A DNA stretch of 64,000 nt from Clostridiales bacterium PH28_bin88. GTDB taxonomy: Bacteria > Bacillota > PH28-bin88. The first letter of the stretch is position 1, and the number at the start of each line of letters is the position of its first letter. The DNA is taken from positions 1,514 through 65,513 of the forward strand of contig LAKY01000064.1 in assembly GCA_000987045.1 (NCBI GenBank), given 5' to 3'. The position numbers and the translations under genes are program-made. Positions 44,708 to 54,971 of this stretch are shown in pieces. Below the pieces are notes generated by a model. The model was not told where the DNA came from, did no database searches, and saw nothing but the letters and a program-made list of their open reading frames with translations.

Positions 44708-45324
44708 ATGTCGCTGATATAGCCTGGTACTTCCAAACCAGCAGTGAAGATTATTTGTTCTTCTTGGTCCGGAGCGGAAATCTTTGACTGGGTTACCTGC
44801 AACATTTCAAGATTCGTCGGATCATACCACAATTGTTTTACCATCTTTTCCGTCGGTATCCCCGGGTTGTCCCTCATAAATATTCCATAGTCCAGAAAGC
44901 ATTTTGGCAGATACTTCGGAGTAAAAAGGGCAGAACCCAACTGCTGTTCTGCTTCATCTGCGGTTACCTGTTGATACCCCGCCAACAGCTTGCTTTTGAT
45001 ATCCTCTAGCATAATCTCTTTACTGGGAGACATTTTCGGCAACAACTCGCCCAGTTTGACAAAGATATCCCGGGCCTGTTCAATCTGCTGTGGGTTATCA
45101 TCCCGTATTCCCTCGGCAGCTAATTGGAAACCTTCATTAACATCATTTCTGAAAGCGATGATATCACCTTGTTTAATCCGGTTAAGAAATGGCAGATATT
45201 CGTTTTTCCATAACTTCTCATTGCTGAGTACCTGCTCTTGAACCAGCTCATTTTCAATATCTCCAAGCAGCCGGGGGGTTATGGAAATCAGGTTGGCAAG
45301 TATGAACACCGATATTAAGCCCAT
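44593..45324 (-). pseudogene. DUF4367-like membrane-anchored protein, C-terminus replaced at about 44705
   Basis: AT-rich gene (MGLISVFILANLISITP...TPKYLPKCFLDY...). After ...GLEVPGYISDI the frame reads through into GC-rich foreign sequence (YPWAKYPSTSMRSITPPPCQ...). Confidence 0.45.
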
Positions 45325-45587
45325 TGCATAGAGTCCTTGATGGAATACGTGCTACCATCATCAGTTGCACCGACATCCGGGTAGTTTGCATTTTCAGCCA
45401 GTGATTTAACTAGCAAGGAGTTTAGCTGTTGGGGAGACTCGTCAATTACTTTCCCGGTAGCGTCAATTGTAACCTTACTGCCATCCGGCAATATTTTTTC
45501 TCGGGTTCCTGCTTCTCCACAGCCAGCGAGACTGATAGTTACCAGTCCCAAGACAAGTAAAAGACTTAATCTCCTCAATTGTATCAC
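45315..45587 (-). CDS. Small lipoprotein
   Basis: 90 aa. MIQLRRLSLLLVLGLVTISLAGC lipobox. Confidence 0.55.
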   Translation of the reverse strand: MIQLRRLSLLLVLGLVTISLAGCGEAGTREKILPDGSKVTIDATGKVIDESPQQLNSLLVKSLAENANYPDVGATDDGSTYSIKDSMQWA

Positions 45588-45726
45588 CTCTTAATGTCTG
45601 TATGATTAGATTAAATCCTCCTGCTTTACCCGAAGCCTTTCCCAGGACCAGGGCCAGGAGCGCTCCTGCAATAATGATTAGTTTCAGCATTTATAGCGTC
45701 CTCCAGATACTCCGCCTCGTGACTTC

Positions 45727-46875
45727 TCACTGCTTTATCCCGGCCAACGGGTACTGATATACCCGATCGTCTTTTTGCAAATTGGAGTCATTTTTGAAGT
45801 ACAGTACCCCATCCTTAACCTCGATCAACTTCAGCCTGTCCCCCCGGAAAGGGAGAGCCCCTGTCTCCGCGTAGTCCTGTTCTATTTCACTTAACAGCTC
45901 CTTGTACAACAGCACCTTTTCCCCCGTATCCAGGTAGACCAGCGTCAAAAATCCTTTTAAGTCTGGCCTGATGAGCATGAAGTTTTCGCCCATCGCCTCA
46001 AGATAATAATTATCACGTTCATGATCGTCTTCTCCGGCTAATGCCTTTAAGTCATAGGTTTTTTCAATCTCACCGGTATCGTCATTGATCAAATAGGCTG
46101 TCCTGCCATCCACCATAACTACAAACTCACGGTAAAACTTAATGTTCGGTTCCGGCCGCGATCTGTAGAGGGCCGTCACCTTCTTGGCAAGTTTGTTGTC
46201 GCGCAGGTAAAAACTGAAAACCCTATCATTCAAGTGCGGTTCACCGAAGTTATCGATGACAGTCAAGAGTACATTCCCTTGCGGCGTCTCCTCGGCGGAA
46301 ATGCTCCTTTGGCCAAAGTCTCCAGGCGTAAGTTCTAAGGTATCAATCTTTTCGGGCCTGCCGGTGCCTTGCAGCAGGTATAACTCGCCACTTTGATTGT
46401 TCAGCCAGTATTCGTTGCCTTTGAGTGAGCTTTGCCAGTAAAAATATCCCCTGCTAACGGAAATCAACCGGCGTTCTTGTTGCCATTCCACCCGCGCGCC
46501 TAAGGCTTCGGCGATAAATCGCACCGGAGCCAGCACTCTGCCGCTTTTCAAGGTTGCGGGCACGTCCAGTTTCAGTAGTTGGCCGTTCCGGTAGGCAACC
46601 GGGCTGTCAACGGCCAACTTCACCTGCGTATTAGGATCGATGACTGTGACGGTATTAGTGGCGGAATCCCATACCACCTTGGCCCGCAGCGCTTCAGCAA
46701 TGGCCCTGACCGGTACCAGCACCCGGCCTTCTTGCAAAATGGGCGCAACGTCCGCTTTCAGGCGGCCATAGCCGTAGACTTCGATAGTGATGGCCTGACT
46801 GGCCAGGGCAGGCCCGCTCAAGGCGCTCCAGGCCAAGGCCAGGAGCAAAAACCGCATTATTCTCATCTTCATCAC
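45727..46875 (-). CDS. Secreted protein with two copper-amine-oxidase N-terminal-like (stalk) domains
   Basis: 382 aa with a signal peptide. EGRVLVPVRAIAEALRAKVVWD and SGRVLAPVRFIAEALGARVEWQ repeats. Confidence 0.75.
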   Translation of the reverse strand: MMKMRIMRFLLLALAWSALSGPALASQAITIEVYGYGRLKADVAPILQEGRVLVPVRAIAEALRAKVVWDSATNTVTVIDPNTQVKLAVDSPVAYRNGQLLKLDVPATLKSGRVLAPVRFIAEALGARVEWQQERRLISVSRGYFYWQSSLKGNEYWLNNQSGELYLLQGTGRPEKIDTLELTPGDFGQRSISAEETPQGNVLLTVIDNFGEPHLNDRVFSFYLRDNKLAKKVTALYRSRPEPNIKFYREFVVMVDGRTAYLINDDTGEIEKTYDLKALAGEDDHERDNYYLEAMGENFMLIRPDLKGFLTLVYLDTGEKVLLYKELLSEIEQDYAETGALPFRGDRLKLIEVKDGVLYFKNDSNLQKDDRVYQYPLAGIKQ

Positions 46876-46936
46876 TCCCTATCACTCTAATAATCCTGTG
46901 GAGGCTTTCCAGGGCGTACCATGATTCCGGTTTGGG

Positions 46937-48481
46937 TCACTGCCAGGACAGCACCCGCCAGCTCCCGTCAGTCAAGGGCACGAGGACGACCTTGTGCCAC
47001 TCGGGTTTTTCACCAGTGGTGGGTACCATCACCACCGCCCGGCCGTCGTCCAGCTTGGTCACCCGGCTGGCCTGGGGGAGGTCATTGATTGGCACCTGCT
47101 CCCCGCCCAGGGTCACGATTGCCACGCTGGCCAGGTCAGCCCGCCAGGGCTGGTGCCCGCCTAACTGCCAGGTGAGGTTCTCCGGCTCCACCTCAGTCTT
47201 CGTAATCCTCCATCCATCGCCCTCCTGGCCCAGGGTGAGGTAGCCGCTGTAGTAGACCTGGGCGGTTTTGCCGGCCAGGTTTTCCACGGTTTTAAGTTCC
47301 ACCAAAAAGCGCTGCGCGGCGGGCGCTGGGGCATTGGGGTCCACGTGGCCTGGCGCTTCCCAGAGCTGCAGCACCTGCAGGCCGGCTACCGGGTCCAGGC
47401 GGGAACGGTACGCATCAAAGGGGTATTCCTGCCGCAGGCGGGAGGAAAGGAAACTGTACGGCGACCGGAAGGCCTCCGCTTGGGCTTCCAGGCTGGAGTA
47501 CAACCCACCGTACTTGTTGTTGGCCACTTCCTTCAGGACGCGCAAGTACTTGTCCAGGGTGGCCCGGGCTGGGGAAACGCCGCTGGAATTGGGATTGAGT
47601 TCGCCTAATGGGGTCATGGACGCCGCTATCTTCAGCATCTCCTCCGGCCTGCCCCGGCCGTGTAGAGTGTACCAGGTCTTCCCGTCGTAGGTCCAACTGG
47701 CGGTGACGGACATGGCGTTGCCGGTCTGCTCCGCACGCAACCTCCCTTCCATGGCACCTGTGATAGGGGCTTGGCCGTCCGGCAGGGCCTGGAGGATTTC
47801 CCTGGCCACCCGGCCGCCGTCCCCCGGGGCGCGCCCCAGGGCCGTGTACTCCCAGTCGCTGTCACTCCAGGTGAGCATCATGCCCTCACCAAAGGAGCGG
47901 GCCGTTACGCCGTCCAGGTCTACGTCTCCCGCCGGTTGGGCCAGGAGTTGTTCCTCCAGGGGGTAACGGGCAGAGGGATAGCTTGAAGCCGAGACACTTA
48001 CCACCACGTCGGCTTCGCTCCAGGGCCGCTTTTCCGTCACGCCCGGGTGCTCCCTTTCGTGGATGATCGTGAAATCGTAGCCGTTTCGATCAACTCTGAG
48101 GTTCACAATGCCGAAAGGACCCTCGCCGGGCAAGTAGGCCGGGACGTAGACGGGCACCTCTACCCTTGCCAACGTCTCGGCTACAGCCTCGGTCGTGAAT
48201 AGCTCTGCCGGTTTGAAAGCTCGCCCGCCCGCCTGTGGCGCCGACCCGGTGCTTACCCGTACCTCGCGCGCCGCGGCGTCCCACTCCACTCGCGCTCCCA
48301 GAGCCTCCGCCACCCAGCGCACTGGCACCATGGTCCGCCCGTTGCTTAACTGTGGCGGCACGTCCGGCTTAATCTCCTGGCCGTTAACAATGAGCTTTAT
48401 TTGGCTCGCGGCCAGGGCCGTGGTGGCGAGAGCCACGGCCAGGAATATTCCTCCAGCTATTATCAACCATTTTTTCTTCAC
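46937..48481 (-). CDS. Secreted protein with a copper-amine-oxidase N-terminal-like domain and a DUF4367-like region
   Basis: 514 aa. Signal MKKKWLIIAGGIFLAVALATTALA; NGRTMVPVRWVAEALGARVEWD; VPAYLPGEG. Confidence 0.7.
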   Translation of the reverse strand: MKKKWLIIAGGIFLAVALATTALAASQIKLIVNGQEIKPDVPPQLSNGRTMVPVRWVAEALGARVEWDAAAREVRVSTGSAPQAGGRAFKPAELFTTEAVAETLARVEVPVYVPAYLPGEGPFGIVNLRVDRNGYDFTIIHEREHPGVTEKRPWSEADVVVSVSASSYPSARYPLEEQLLAQPAGDVDLDGVTARSFGEGMMLTWSDSDWEYTALGRAPGDGGRVAREILQALPDGQAPITGAMEGRLRAEQTGNAMSVTASWTYDGKTWYTLHGRGRPEEMLKIAASMTPLGELNPNSSGVSPARATLDKYLRVLKEVANNKYGGLYSSLEAQAEAFRSPYSFLSSRLRQEYPFDAYRSRLDPVAGLQVLQLWEAPGHVDPNAPAPAAQRFLVELKTVENLAGKTAQVYYSGYLTLGQEGDGWRITKTEVEPENLTWQLGGHQPWRADLASVAIVTLGGEQVPINDLPQASRVTKLDDGRAVVMVPTTGEKPEWHKVVLVPLTDGSWRVLSWQ

Positions 48482-48542
48482 TTGAGATTCCCCCTGACAG
48501 AGTATAGTTATTTAGGAAATGTATCGGCTCCAAAACCAGTTA

Positions 48543-48974
48543 TCAGGTCGTTGATGTTGAGAATAGCTGATAGATAGCGTAGGCGGATGCCACGGCCAGG
48601 GTGATATGGGGCAGCGACCATAACCAGTTGCCCACAGGTCCCACCGGCCCATCGCTGATTACCTGTCCGTGATAGAGAAACCAGAGCAGAATGGGCGGCA
48701 GTTGCATCAGAAACATTAAACCGAGTCTTATGCGGATGCCCGCTTTATTGCTCCCATGACCCTGGTTGCCCCTTAAGGCCAGCCACAGGGCAAACATCCC
48801 GTTAAGCAGCACCAGCCAGCCCCATAGTAACGTTGACCCTGTGGCGTCACTGGTCAGGCCGGGCAAGTTGGTAATATAGACCAAGCCCATGATTATGGCC
48901 AAAACCCCTGCCAACACGCACAGGCCGGTTAAGTGTTGAAATAAAGGTTTTGTTTTGATCGATGACTTGTTCAT
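48543..48974 (-). CDS. Hypothetical 4-TM membrane protein
   Basis: ORF to 49136. The hydrophobic core starts after the ATG at 48974 (MNKSSIKTKPLFQHLTGLCVLAGVLAIIMG...). Start uncertain. Confidence 0.45.
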   Translation of the reverse strand: MNKSSIKTKPLFQHLTGLCVLAGVLAIIMGLVYITNLPGLTSDATGSTLLWGWLVLLNGMFALWLALRGNQGHGSNKAGIRIRLGLMFLMQLPPILLWFLYHGQVISDGPVGPVGNWLWSLPHITLAVASAYAIYQLFSTSTT

Positions 48975-49172
48975 TCCCTGGCGCGCCTCCTTTACAGGTC
49001 TTCCACCGTGGCCGATACCAGCCCCCATGCTGGGGATTCTTGGCGCTTTTCCGCCATAGATTATGCTTTTCATCATACGGTACCAGCGCCAGCACGTTTG
49101 AAGCACGAAGCGTTCAGTGTGACAAGTGCTACACAAGCAATCCCCGCCAAGAAAAACAGCATGGAAACCCAG

Positions 49173-49529
49173 TTATAAGCCACTACTGTTGTTTGCAGGG
49201 TTGCCTGTGTTTTTAACCTGTGTTTTTAATATGTAGGACAACATGCTTGGCCCCAGAAGAGGGAGCGTTCCGAGTAGCGCGGTCTTGAATGTTTCTGTTG
49301 GTGTGCAGACCGGTAACCGTAAGGCAAATAGCACCCAGGAAATAATCAGGACTGCCAAGTACAGCAGGGAAAATTCCCGGATGGGGAACATCGAAAAGAA
49401 TACCCCTTTACCTAGAATCCCAAAGATAACCACCATGAATAAGACACCCAGTAAGCTGTTGAGTATCGCTAGCCGAAGCCCCATTTTCCAAGCATTTCCC
49501 CCTGAAGCGGGGCCATTCCTGATTGGCAT
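49173..49529 (-). CDS. Hypothetical membrane protein
   Basis: 118 aa with three hydrophobic segments. Confidence 0.45.
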   Translation of the reverse strand: MPIRNGPASGGNAWKMGLRLAILNSLLGVLFMVVIFGILGKGVFFSMFPIREFSLLYLAVLIISWVLFALRLPVCTPTETFKTALLGTLPLLGPSMLSYILKTQVKNTGNPANNSSGL

Positions 49530-49683
49530 CTGGTAACTCCCCCTTTGTTGTACATGAATTTAATTACCCGCTGCTTCTGGTATTATTGATCCGCACATTT
49601 CGCAGATACAGTGAAATAAGGCGAACTAGATGTCTGCACCTCTTGATTGGGGGCAGCTATACAACAACACCCAATTATATTCG

Positions 49684-51375
49684 TTACTCCCGCTGGCTAG
49701 GATCAATATCTGCCTGGACAAGCCGCCAGGTAGCGCCCCCGTCTGTGGTCCGCAGCAGTTCGGTGCCCCGCCCGTCCGCCGTCTCCAGTAGCAGCCATCC
49801 CATCTTCTCAGTGACAAAGTCCAGTTGCCGCACCTTCTCGCCCTTATCCAGCGCACGGGCGAGGTCGCCGGCGGGTGTGAGGGCGGTCCAGTTTTCGCCC
49901 CCGTCGGTGGTGCGGTTGAGCTTGCCTAGGACCGGCGCCGCCAGGCCGGCGGCGTCAGCCTCGTCGCGCCAAGCCCACCAGTTCCTGGCGGTCAGGTAAG
50001 AAGCGGGACCCGTCCCCGGAAGTGAACTTCGTGCCTGCCAGGTGCGGCCGCCGTCCACGGTAGTATAGAAGATCGTGGCGTAGTCGCTGGTTTTACCGCT
50101 CTGCGGGACGAAGACTACCGGCAGCACGCCGTCCTGGCCGCCGGCCTGGAAAAATTCCGGCGGGGCGTTAACGTCTAATTTCCCGCCCGCCCGGCCGGAG
50201 GGCAAGGGAAGATCCTGGGGCCGCCAGGTGCGGCCGCCGTCCTCGGTCAGATAGAGGGGGTAGTCAGGCGCAAAACCCGCCCCCTGCAGCCCTAATAGCC
50301 AACCGGAGCGCGCATCACGGAAGGAGAAGGGACCAGAAAAAGGCAAACCGTTTTCCCCCGAGGGGCCGAAGCCTTCGCTGCTGGCCACTTCTGACCAGTG
50401 CTCCCCGCCGTCGCTGGTCCTGTAAAGCTCGCCCGGGCGGGAACTCATCCCATGCTCCGGCACTACCATTAACCAGCCGCGCTCCCGGTCGACGAAATCC
50501 AGCCAGCCGCCATAGACCAGGCCGTTACCCCCTCTGGGGAGGGTGTTCTCGACCCAGGTCTGGCCGCCGTCCGCGGTATGAAAAACCACCTCGCTTGCCA
50601 CGTCGTCGTTCCGAATCACCAGCCAGGCATGGTCGACATCGTAGAATTCGCTTTCTATCCCCCAGGGATTGCTGGCCAGCCCGGTCGGGATGACTATCTC
50701 CCACTTTTTCCCGCCGTCTTCCGTGCGCAGGACCTTTCCCTTGGCCAGAGCCCAGCCATGGGTTTCGTTGATCATGTCAATGGAACCAAGTTCCCCCGGC
50801 GTGCCGAGAGCCGCCAGGGAAGCATCCGGCGCCCGCCATTGCCAGCCGGAAAGGATCTCCTGGAAATAGGCGGGCAGCGTCTCTTGCTCCTCAGCTACTT
50901 CGGTAGAAATATCAAAGGTAAAACCGTTCTGCGTGGTGACAAAGTGGTACTCCGCCCAGTTCTTGGTCCCGGCGGCGGTGGACCTGACCTGTCTGAAAAG
51001 TATGCCCTCGCCGCCCAGGGCGGTGAAGGGTTCCTTGGTGGAGCGGAGGGTGCGGAAGTTATTGGCGTCATCGGCCACAATCCCCCCGTTTCCACCCGCG
51101 CCCACCCGGACTGCCACGTATTCGTCCTCATTGTTCAAGAAGAGGTCCGCTGTGGCGGCAGCCTCCCGGCCGTCCCGGGTGCTCACCCGCCACCCGGCGG
51201 GAACAACAAGTTGAAAGCCGTATTTTTCGTTGACCACGGTTGCTTCCTGTCCCGCCGGGATACCGGACCCGGTCTTTACCGCGCCCGGACCGCCGCAGCC
51301 CGCCTGGAACAACAGGCCCAGAAGCACCATGCTCAAAACGGTGAACCCTGTAGGAAAAAATGCTTTCACTGTCAC
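49684..51375 (-). CDS. Secreted BNR/Ycf48-like beta-propeller repeat protein
   Basis: 563 aa with a signal peptide. At least seven [ST]xDGGxxW repeats (TEDGGKKW, TADGGQTW, TSDGGEHW, TEDGGRTW, TVDGGRTW, TTDGGENW, TTDGGATW). Confidence 0.8.
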   Translation of the reverse strand: MTVKAFFPTGFTVLSMVLLGLLFQAGCGGPGAVKTGSGIPAGQEATVVNEKYGFQLVVPAGWRVSTRDGREAAATADLFLNNEDEYVAVRVGAGGNGGIVADDANNFRTLRSTKEPFTALGGEGILFRQVRSTAAGTKNWAEYHFVTTQNGFTFDISTEVAEEQETLPAYFQEILSGWQWRAPDASLAALGTPGELGSIDMINETHGWALAKGKVLRTEDGGKKWEIVIPTGLASNPWGIESEFYDVDHAWLVIRNDDVASEVVFHTADGGQTWVENTLPRGGNGLVYGGWLDFVDRERGWLMVVPEHGMSSRPGELYRTSDGGEHWSEVASSEGFGPSGENGLPFSGPFSFRDARSGWLLGLQGAGFAPDYPLYLTEDGGRTWRPQDLPLPSGRAGGKLDVNAPPEFFQAGGQDGVLPVVFVPQSGKTSDYATIFYTTVDGGRTWQARSSLPGTGPASYLTARNWWAWRDEADAAGLAAPVLGKLNRTTDGGENWTALTPAGDLARALDKGEKVRQLDFVTEKMGWLLLETADGRGTELLRTTDGGATWRLVQADIDPSQRE

Positions 51376-51631
51376 TGGCCTTGCACCCCTTGCTTTGCTA
51401 GCTTTTTCTTTCCTGTTGCGTTACCGCTAATCCTCCCGCTGGTTGCTTCGACCAACCGCGCTGCCGCCAGGACCATACCCCAGCCGCTGCAGCAAGGTTA
51501 ACCGGTAATGCGGTTAATACCCGTTTTCCAGCTTGGCCACCCGCTCGGCCAGCACTTTGAATTTGTTCCTGGATCAGCTACGGCCTGGTCGGTGTAGTGG
51601 AGGTTGGATGCGAAGCTCTTACTTTATCTAA

Positions 51632-52306
51632 CTACCAGATAAACATCTGCTCTCCGCTGGCCAGGTTGAGCCAGGCGTCGATGACCGGTAGGCTGCTCTG
51701 CTGCCCTCCCAGGTCCTTGGTCTCCCAGATCACCGTGTAGACGTTGTCGGCGAATGTAGAAATGGGTGTGTTATAGCTATACTCCCGCACGGCCACCTCG
51801 TATCTCTTCTCCCCCAGCTTAACGACGTCCAGGAAGTCGAAACGGGGGGTAATCACCTCGGCGGAGCGCATATAGGGATAGCTAGTACCCTGGTCGGTGG
51901 GCGTTCCCTGGAGGAATTTTTCCGAAACCAGGTCCTGCAATCGCTGTCCCCTGGGTGGGCCGCTCAAGAAGGCCAGGTACTGGGCCACCGTCGCCACGGC
52001 GTCCTCCAGGTCCTGGTCGTCGAGGTCCACCATGGCGCCCCAGATGCCGTGGAGGCTGTTGACGGCCACTATCCGCTCCTTTGGAAGCCATAACACGTCG
52101 GCGTTCAGGGCCTCGGCCACCGCGCGGATGGGCACCATGGTGCGGCCCTTGATAATCTGGGGAGGGACATCCGCCCGGATCTCCCGGCCGTTGACCAGGA
52201 GCTTAATTGCGGGGCTGGCGGCCAGGGCCGCCGTGGCCAAACCAAGAAAGAGCAGTAGCGCGCCACCAGCCAAGAAAAGCTTTTTGCCAGACATTTTAAT
52301 AACCAT
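51632..52306 (-). CDS. Secreted copper-amine-oxidase N-terminal-like domain protein
   Basis: 224 aa. Signal peptide; KGRTMVPIRAVAEALNADVLW. Confidence 0.7.
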   Translation of the reverse strand: MVIKMSGKKLFLAGGALLLFLGLATAALAASPAIKLLVNGREIRADVPPQIIKGRTMVPIRAVAEALNADVLWLPKERIVAVNSLHGIWGAMVDLDDQDLEDAVATVAQYLAFLSGPPRGQRLQDLVSEKFLQGTPTDQGTSYPYMRSAEVITPRFDFLDVVKLGEKRYEVAVREYSYNTPISTFADNVYTVIWETKDLGGQQSSLPVIDAWLNLASGEQMFIW

Positions 52307-52471
52307 CCCTTTCGCTGCGCTAAAGGCACAAAACGCTATGAAAATTGTTGCCTTGCGCTATCCTTTAATTTAATTGGTCGTGCAAGTATACTACAGAGCA
52401 CGGGGAGGTAAGTGCGTCACCCTACCCTTCTTTGGGTACCGCATTTTTATCACTTCCTCCTCGTTGATGGC

Positions 52472-52621
52472 TTAAACAGGAATTAACCTTAATATAGCGA
52501 TGACGAGAGGTATACCAAATACAACCAACAGCACGATTATCAAAATGTTTCTATCTCGTTTTAGGAAAGCAACTTCTTTTTCAAGTTTCTCAACTCTTTG
52601 GACTAAATTGTTATTATGCAT
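52472..52621 (-). CDS. Small coiled-coil/TM protein (49 aa)
   Basis: Own translation: MHNNNLVQRVEKLEKEVAFLKRDRNILIIVLLVVFGIPLVIAILRLIPV. GGGAGGG lies 9 nt upstream. Below the ORF-track cutoff. Confidence 0.4.
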   Translation of the reverse strand: MHNNNLVQRVEKLEKEVAFLKRDRNILIIVLLVVFGIPLVIAILRLIPV

Positions 52622-52771
52622 TCTCAAGTACCCTCCCAGCCGTAGTTGTTACATATTTGACATACGTTGCTTGAGATGGCTGTCTCTTGCGGCACGCGCA
52701 AAGTACTTGTCCAGGATAGCCTGGACAACATCTCAACCATCTTTTCTCCGATTTGCAAGATATTCAGAAAT

Positions 52772-53128
52772 TCATTGATTTCGCGGCTGTGATCGACCCA
52801 GGAAGGCAAAGAAAAACCCAAATCCAAAGATTCCGAACAAAACCTTGAGGGATTCAACTCCAGGAATAAAACCTAAAAATCCAAGGAACCCCAAGAAGCC
52901 AAGTAACCCTAGCCTTTCCGGAAATCGTAGACGCGGTTCATGGAAGAAACGGAGGCCGTTCAAACTAAAAGCGGCAAACGCAGCTAGCCATGGTCGAAGT
53001 ACACCCCAATCCGTCATATAGCCTATAACTCCGACCAGTCCCACGAGACCGAGAAGTCCAAGACGCTCTGGAAATTGAAGATGAACATTAGACACCGACA
53101 TTTCTCCCCCTTCTATTATGCAGTTCAC
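52772..53128 (-). CDS. Membrane protein with an internal duplication (DUF3796-like GFLGFLGF repeats)
   Basis: FPERLGLLGLVGLVGVIGY and FPERLGLLGFLGFLGFLGF occur twice in 118 aa. Confidence 0.5.
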   Translation of the reverse strand: MNCIIEGGEMSVSNVHLQFPERLGLLGLVGLVGVIGYMTDWGVLRPWLAAFAAFSLNGLRFFHEPRLRFPERLGLLGFLGFLGFLGFIPGVESLKVLFGIFGFGFFFAFLGRSQPRNQ

Positions 53129-53178
53129 AGTTCAGCAAGGTTGCCAATTTATGTTCAGTAAACTTCCAGCCAGAACGG

Positions 53179-53934
53179 CTAAAGCAACAAATCCTCCAGA
53201 ACCTCCCTTAGGTCACTGTCGCCAACCAGGTGGTAGTATGGGTGTTGCGGGTCGTCTACGAGGAGAAGCAGCCCGTCTTGCGAATCGAAGTACGGGTTGT
53301 CTGTGATCAGGAGCCGCCCGTCTTGCAGACGGATGAGATGCAACTGGTAAAGTAGCCCGGGATAGCGGTCAGAAAACAGGTTGAGATTCCGCATGTCATA
53401 ACTTCTCTCCCCCTCCCCAAGGGTTACCGTTTGTCCGGCCAGGCTATCAAGTACCCCCCGAATCACATTCTGGTCTGTGATCACCCGGGTATAGCGCGAG
53501 GGTAGCCCCACCCCGATGCCGCTGACCTGAAAATCTGCCAGGGTGAGCGGTGGCACTACCTTTTCCCGGTAAGCAAAGGCAAAGGCCAGACCATCTGGAT
53601 CAAGGGCCAGCCATTCCTCGCTCCGCAGGCCATTGATCGCGTAGACGCGATAATTGTCCGGGAGTTTAGCCACCGCCGCACCCAGGTCACTGGGCCGCAC
53701 TTGGAAGTGGGGATCAACAGTATATTGACGGCCGTCAAAAAGTATGGTATGGCCATCCACCATTTCCGCCAGGGGGAGGTCGCGGTTCAGATAGCTCATG
53801 ATATAAGGTTCAACCTTATAACCAACCGCGAGGAACAAGGGTGGCGAGGAAATTAACAGGACAAATCCCAGGATACACAGTACAAATATGGCAATTAACG
53901 TCTTTTTAACCAGCCTCAAAGCCTTACCCCGCAT
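53179..53934 (-). CDS. Hypothetical membrane-anchored protein
   Basis: 251 aa. N-terminal TM (LIAIFVLCILGFVLLISS). Confidence 0.5.
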   Translation of the reverse strand: MRGKALRLVKKTLIAIFVLCILGFVLLISSPPLFLAVGYKVEPYIMSYLNRDLPLAEMVDGHTILFDGRQYTVDPHFQVRPSDLGAAVAKLPDNYRVYAINGLRSEEWLALDPDGLAFAFAYREKVVPPLTLADFQVSGIGVGLPSRYTRVITDQNVIRGVLDSLAGQTVTLGEGERSYDMRNLNLFSDRYPGLLYQLHLIRLQDGRLLITDNPYFDSQDGLLLLVDDPQHPYYHLVGDSDLREVLEDLLL

Positions 53935-54441
53935 TTGTTACACGCTCCGTGTCATGAAAGATTGACCCATAGAACCGGGGTACGGCCCCGCTGGCCGGTG
54001 TTGTTATCGGAAACAGGCGTCCTGCCAGCCGATCTCCGCCTGCCGTAAACTCAGCCGGTAGCCAGCAGGAGCCAGGCGGCCACAAAAACGGCAGCGAGAA
54101 TCTTCAAATGCGCTGATCTTCCTTACATAACATAAACCCCGCTCGGGTTCTGAAAACTAACGGTTATTCAACCCTATCCAGTTTGGAAGCCCACGCTACC
54201 TTTTCGCCACGGGCTACCCGCCGGGCCAGCTTCAGCAACTTGACCAACAAGGTGATGAGCCCGGGCCGGTTCAGAAGCCAATCCTGCCGGCAGATTATGT
54301 TCATGAAGCGCTCCCCCCTTTGCTTATGATCGTGGCGGGAAGGATGAGTAATCTTTCTGACAGGTTTATGCTCAATAGCTTACCGCCATTGCCTTCCGTC
54401 ATCAACACTACCAGCAATTTCCCGCCGTCTACATCGCCGGG

Positions 54442-54921
54442 CTAGGAGGAGCCTCCGGTGGCGGCAGTACAGGTAGTATAGATTTTTGCCCCCATCAGGA
54501 AGATGGAATAGCCGATCACCCCGCCAACCGTATTTAGCAAAATATCATCCACATCAAGTGACCCTTTCCCCAGCCCAAACTGCAGGATTTCCAGGATCGA
54601 ACTGGTCAATATTGAGGCGTAAAGGATTTGGCGCCATTTAGCCATTTTGGTTAATAGCAATGGCAGGAGAAAACCCAAAGGCATGAACATTATTACATTG
54701 CCGAAGAGGTTTAAGAACCAGGTGTCAATATTCATGTCGTTATAACTCTTGATATAATAGACAAGGCTGTTAAACGGTGCCAGATTGTACCTTCCGGGTC
54801 CAAATCTATAAGGACCCAGAAATAACACTTTTACAAGCAGCAAGCCGTATACCGAAAATAATATCCCAGCGGCCAGCCGTATATTGGGGTGAACCAGGAA
54901 AGGTTTGTTGCTACGCGCCAA
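54442..54921 (-). CDS. VanZ-family membrane protein
   Basis: 159 aa. NLFGNVIMFMPLGFLLPLL and DVDDILLNTVGGVIGY motifs. Confidence 0.75.
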   Translation of the reverse strand: MARSNKPFLVHPNIRLAAGILFSVYGLLLVKVLFLGPYRFGPGRYNLAPFNSLVYYIKSYNDMNIDTWFLNLFGNVIMFMPLGFLLPLLLTKMAKWRQILYASILTSSILEILQFGLGKGSLDVDDILLNTVGGVIGYSIFLMGAKIYTTCTAATGGSS

Positions 54922-54971
54922 TTTTTAGCCACCTCTGTTGAAATTGAAATCACACTAATTGTCACGAAAGA

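Noticed and set aside
54168-54305. A 45-codon minus-strand ORF (MNIICRQDWLLNRPGLITLLVKLLKLARRVARGEKVAWASKLDRVE) with a good GGGGGGAG RBS in the 500-nt gap before the VanZ gene.
   Set aside because: It may be real, but it has no recognisable motif and is below any length where I can separate it from chance. It may also be a fragment of a lost gene.
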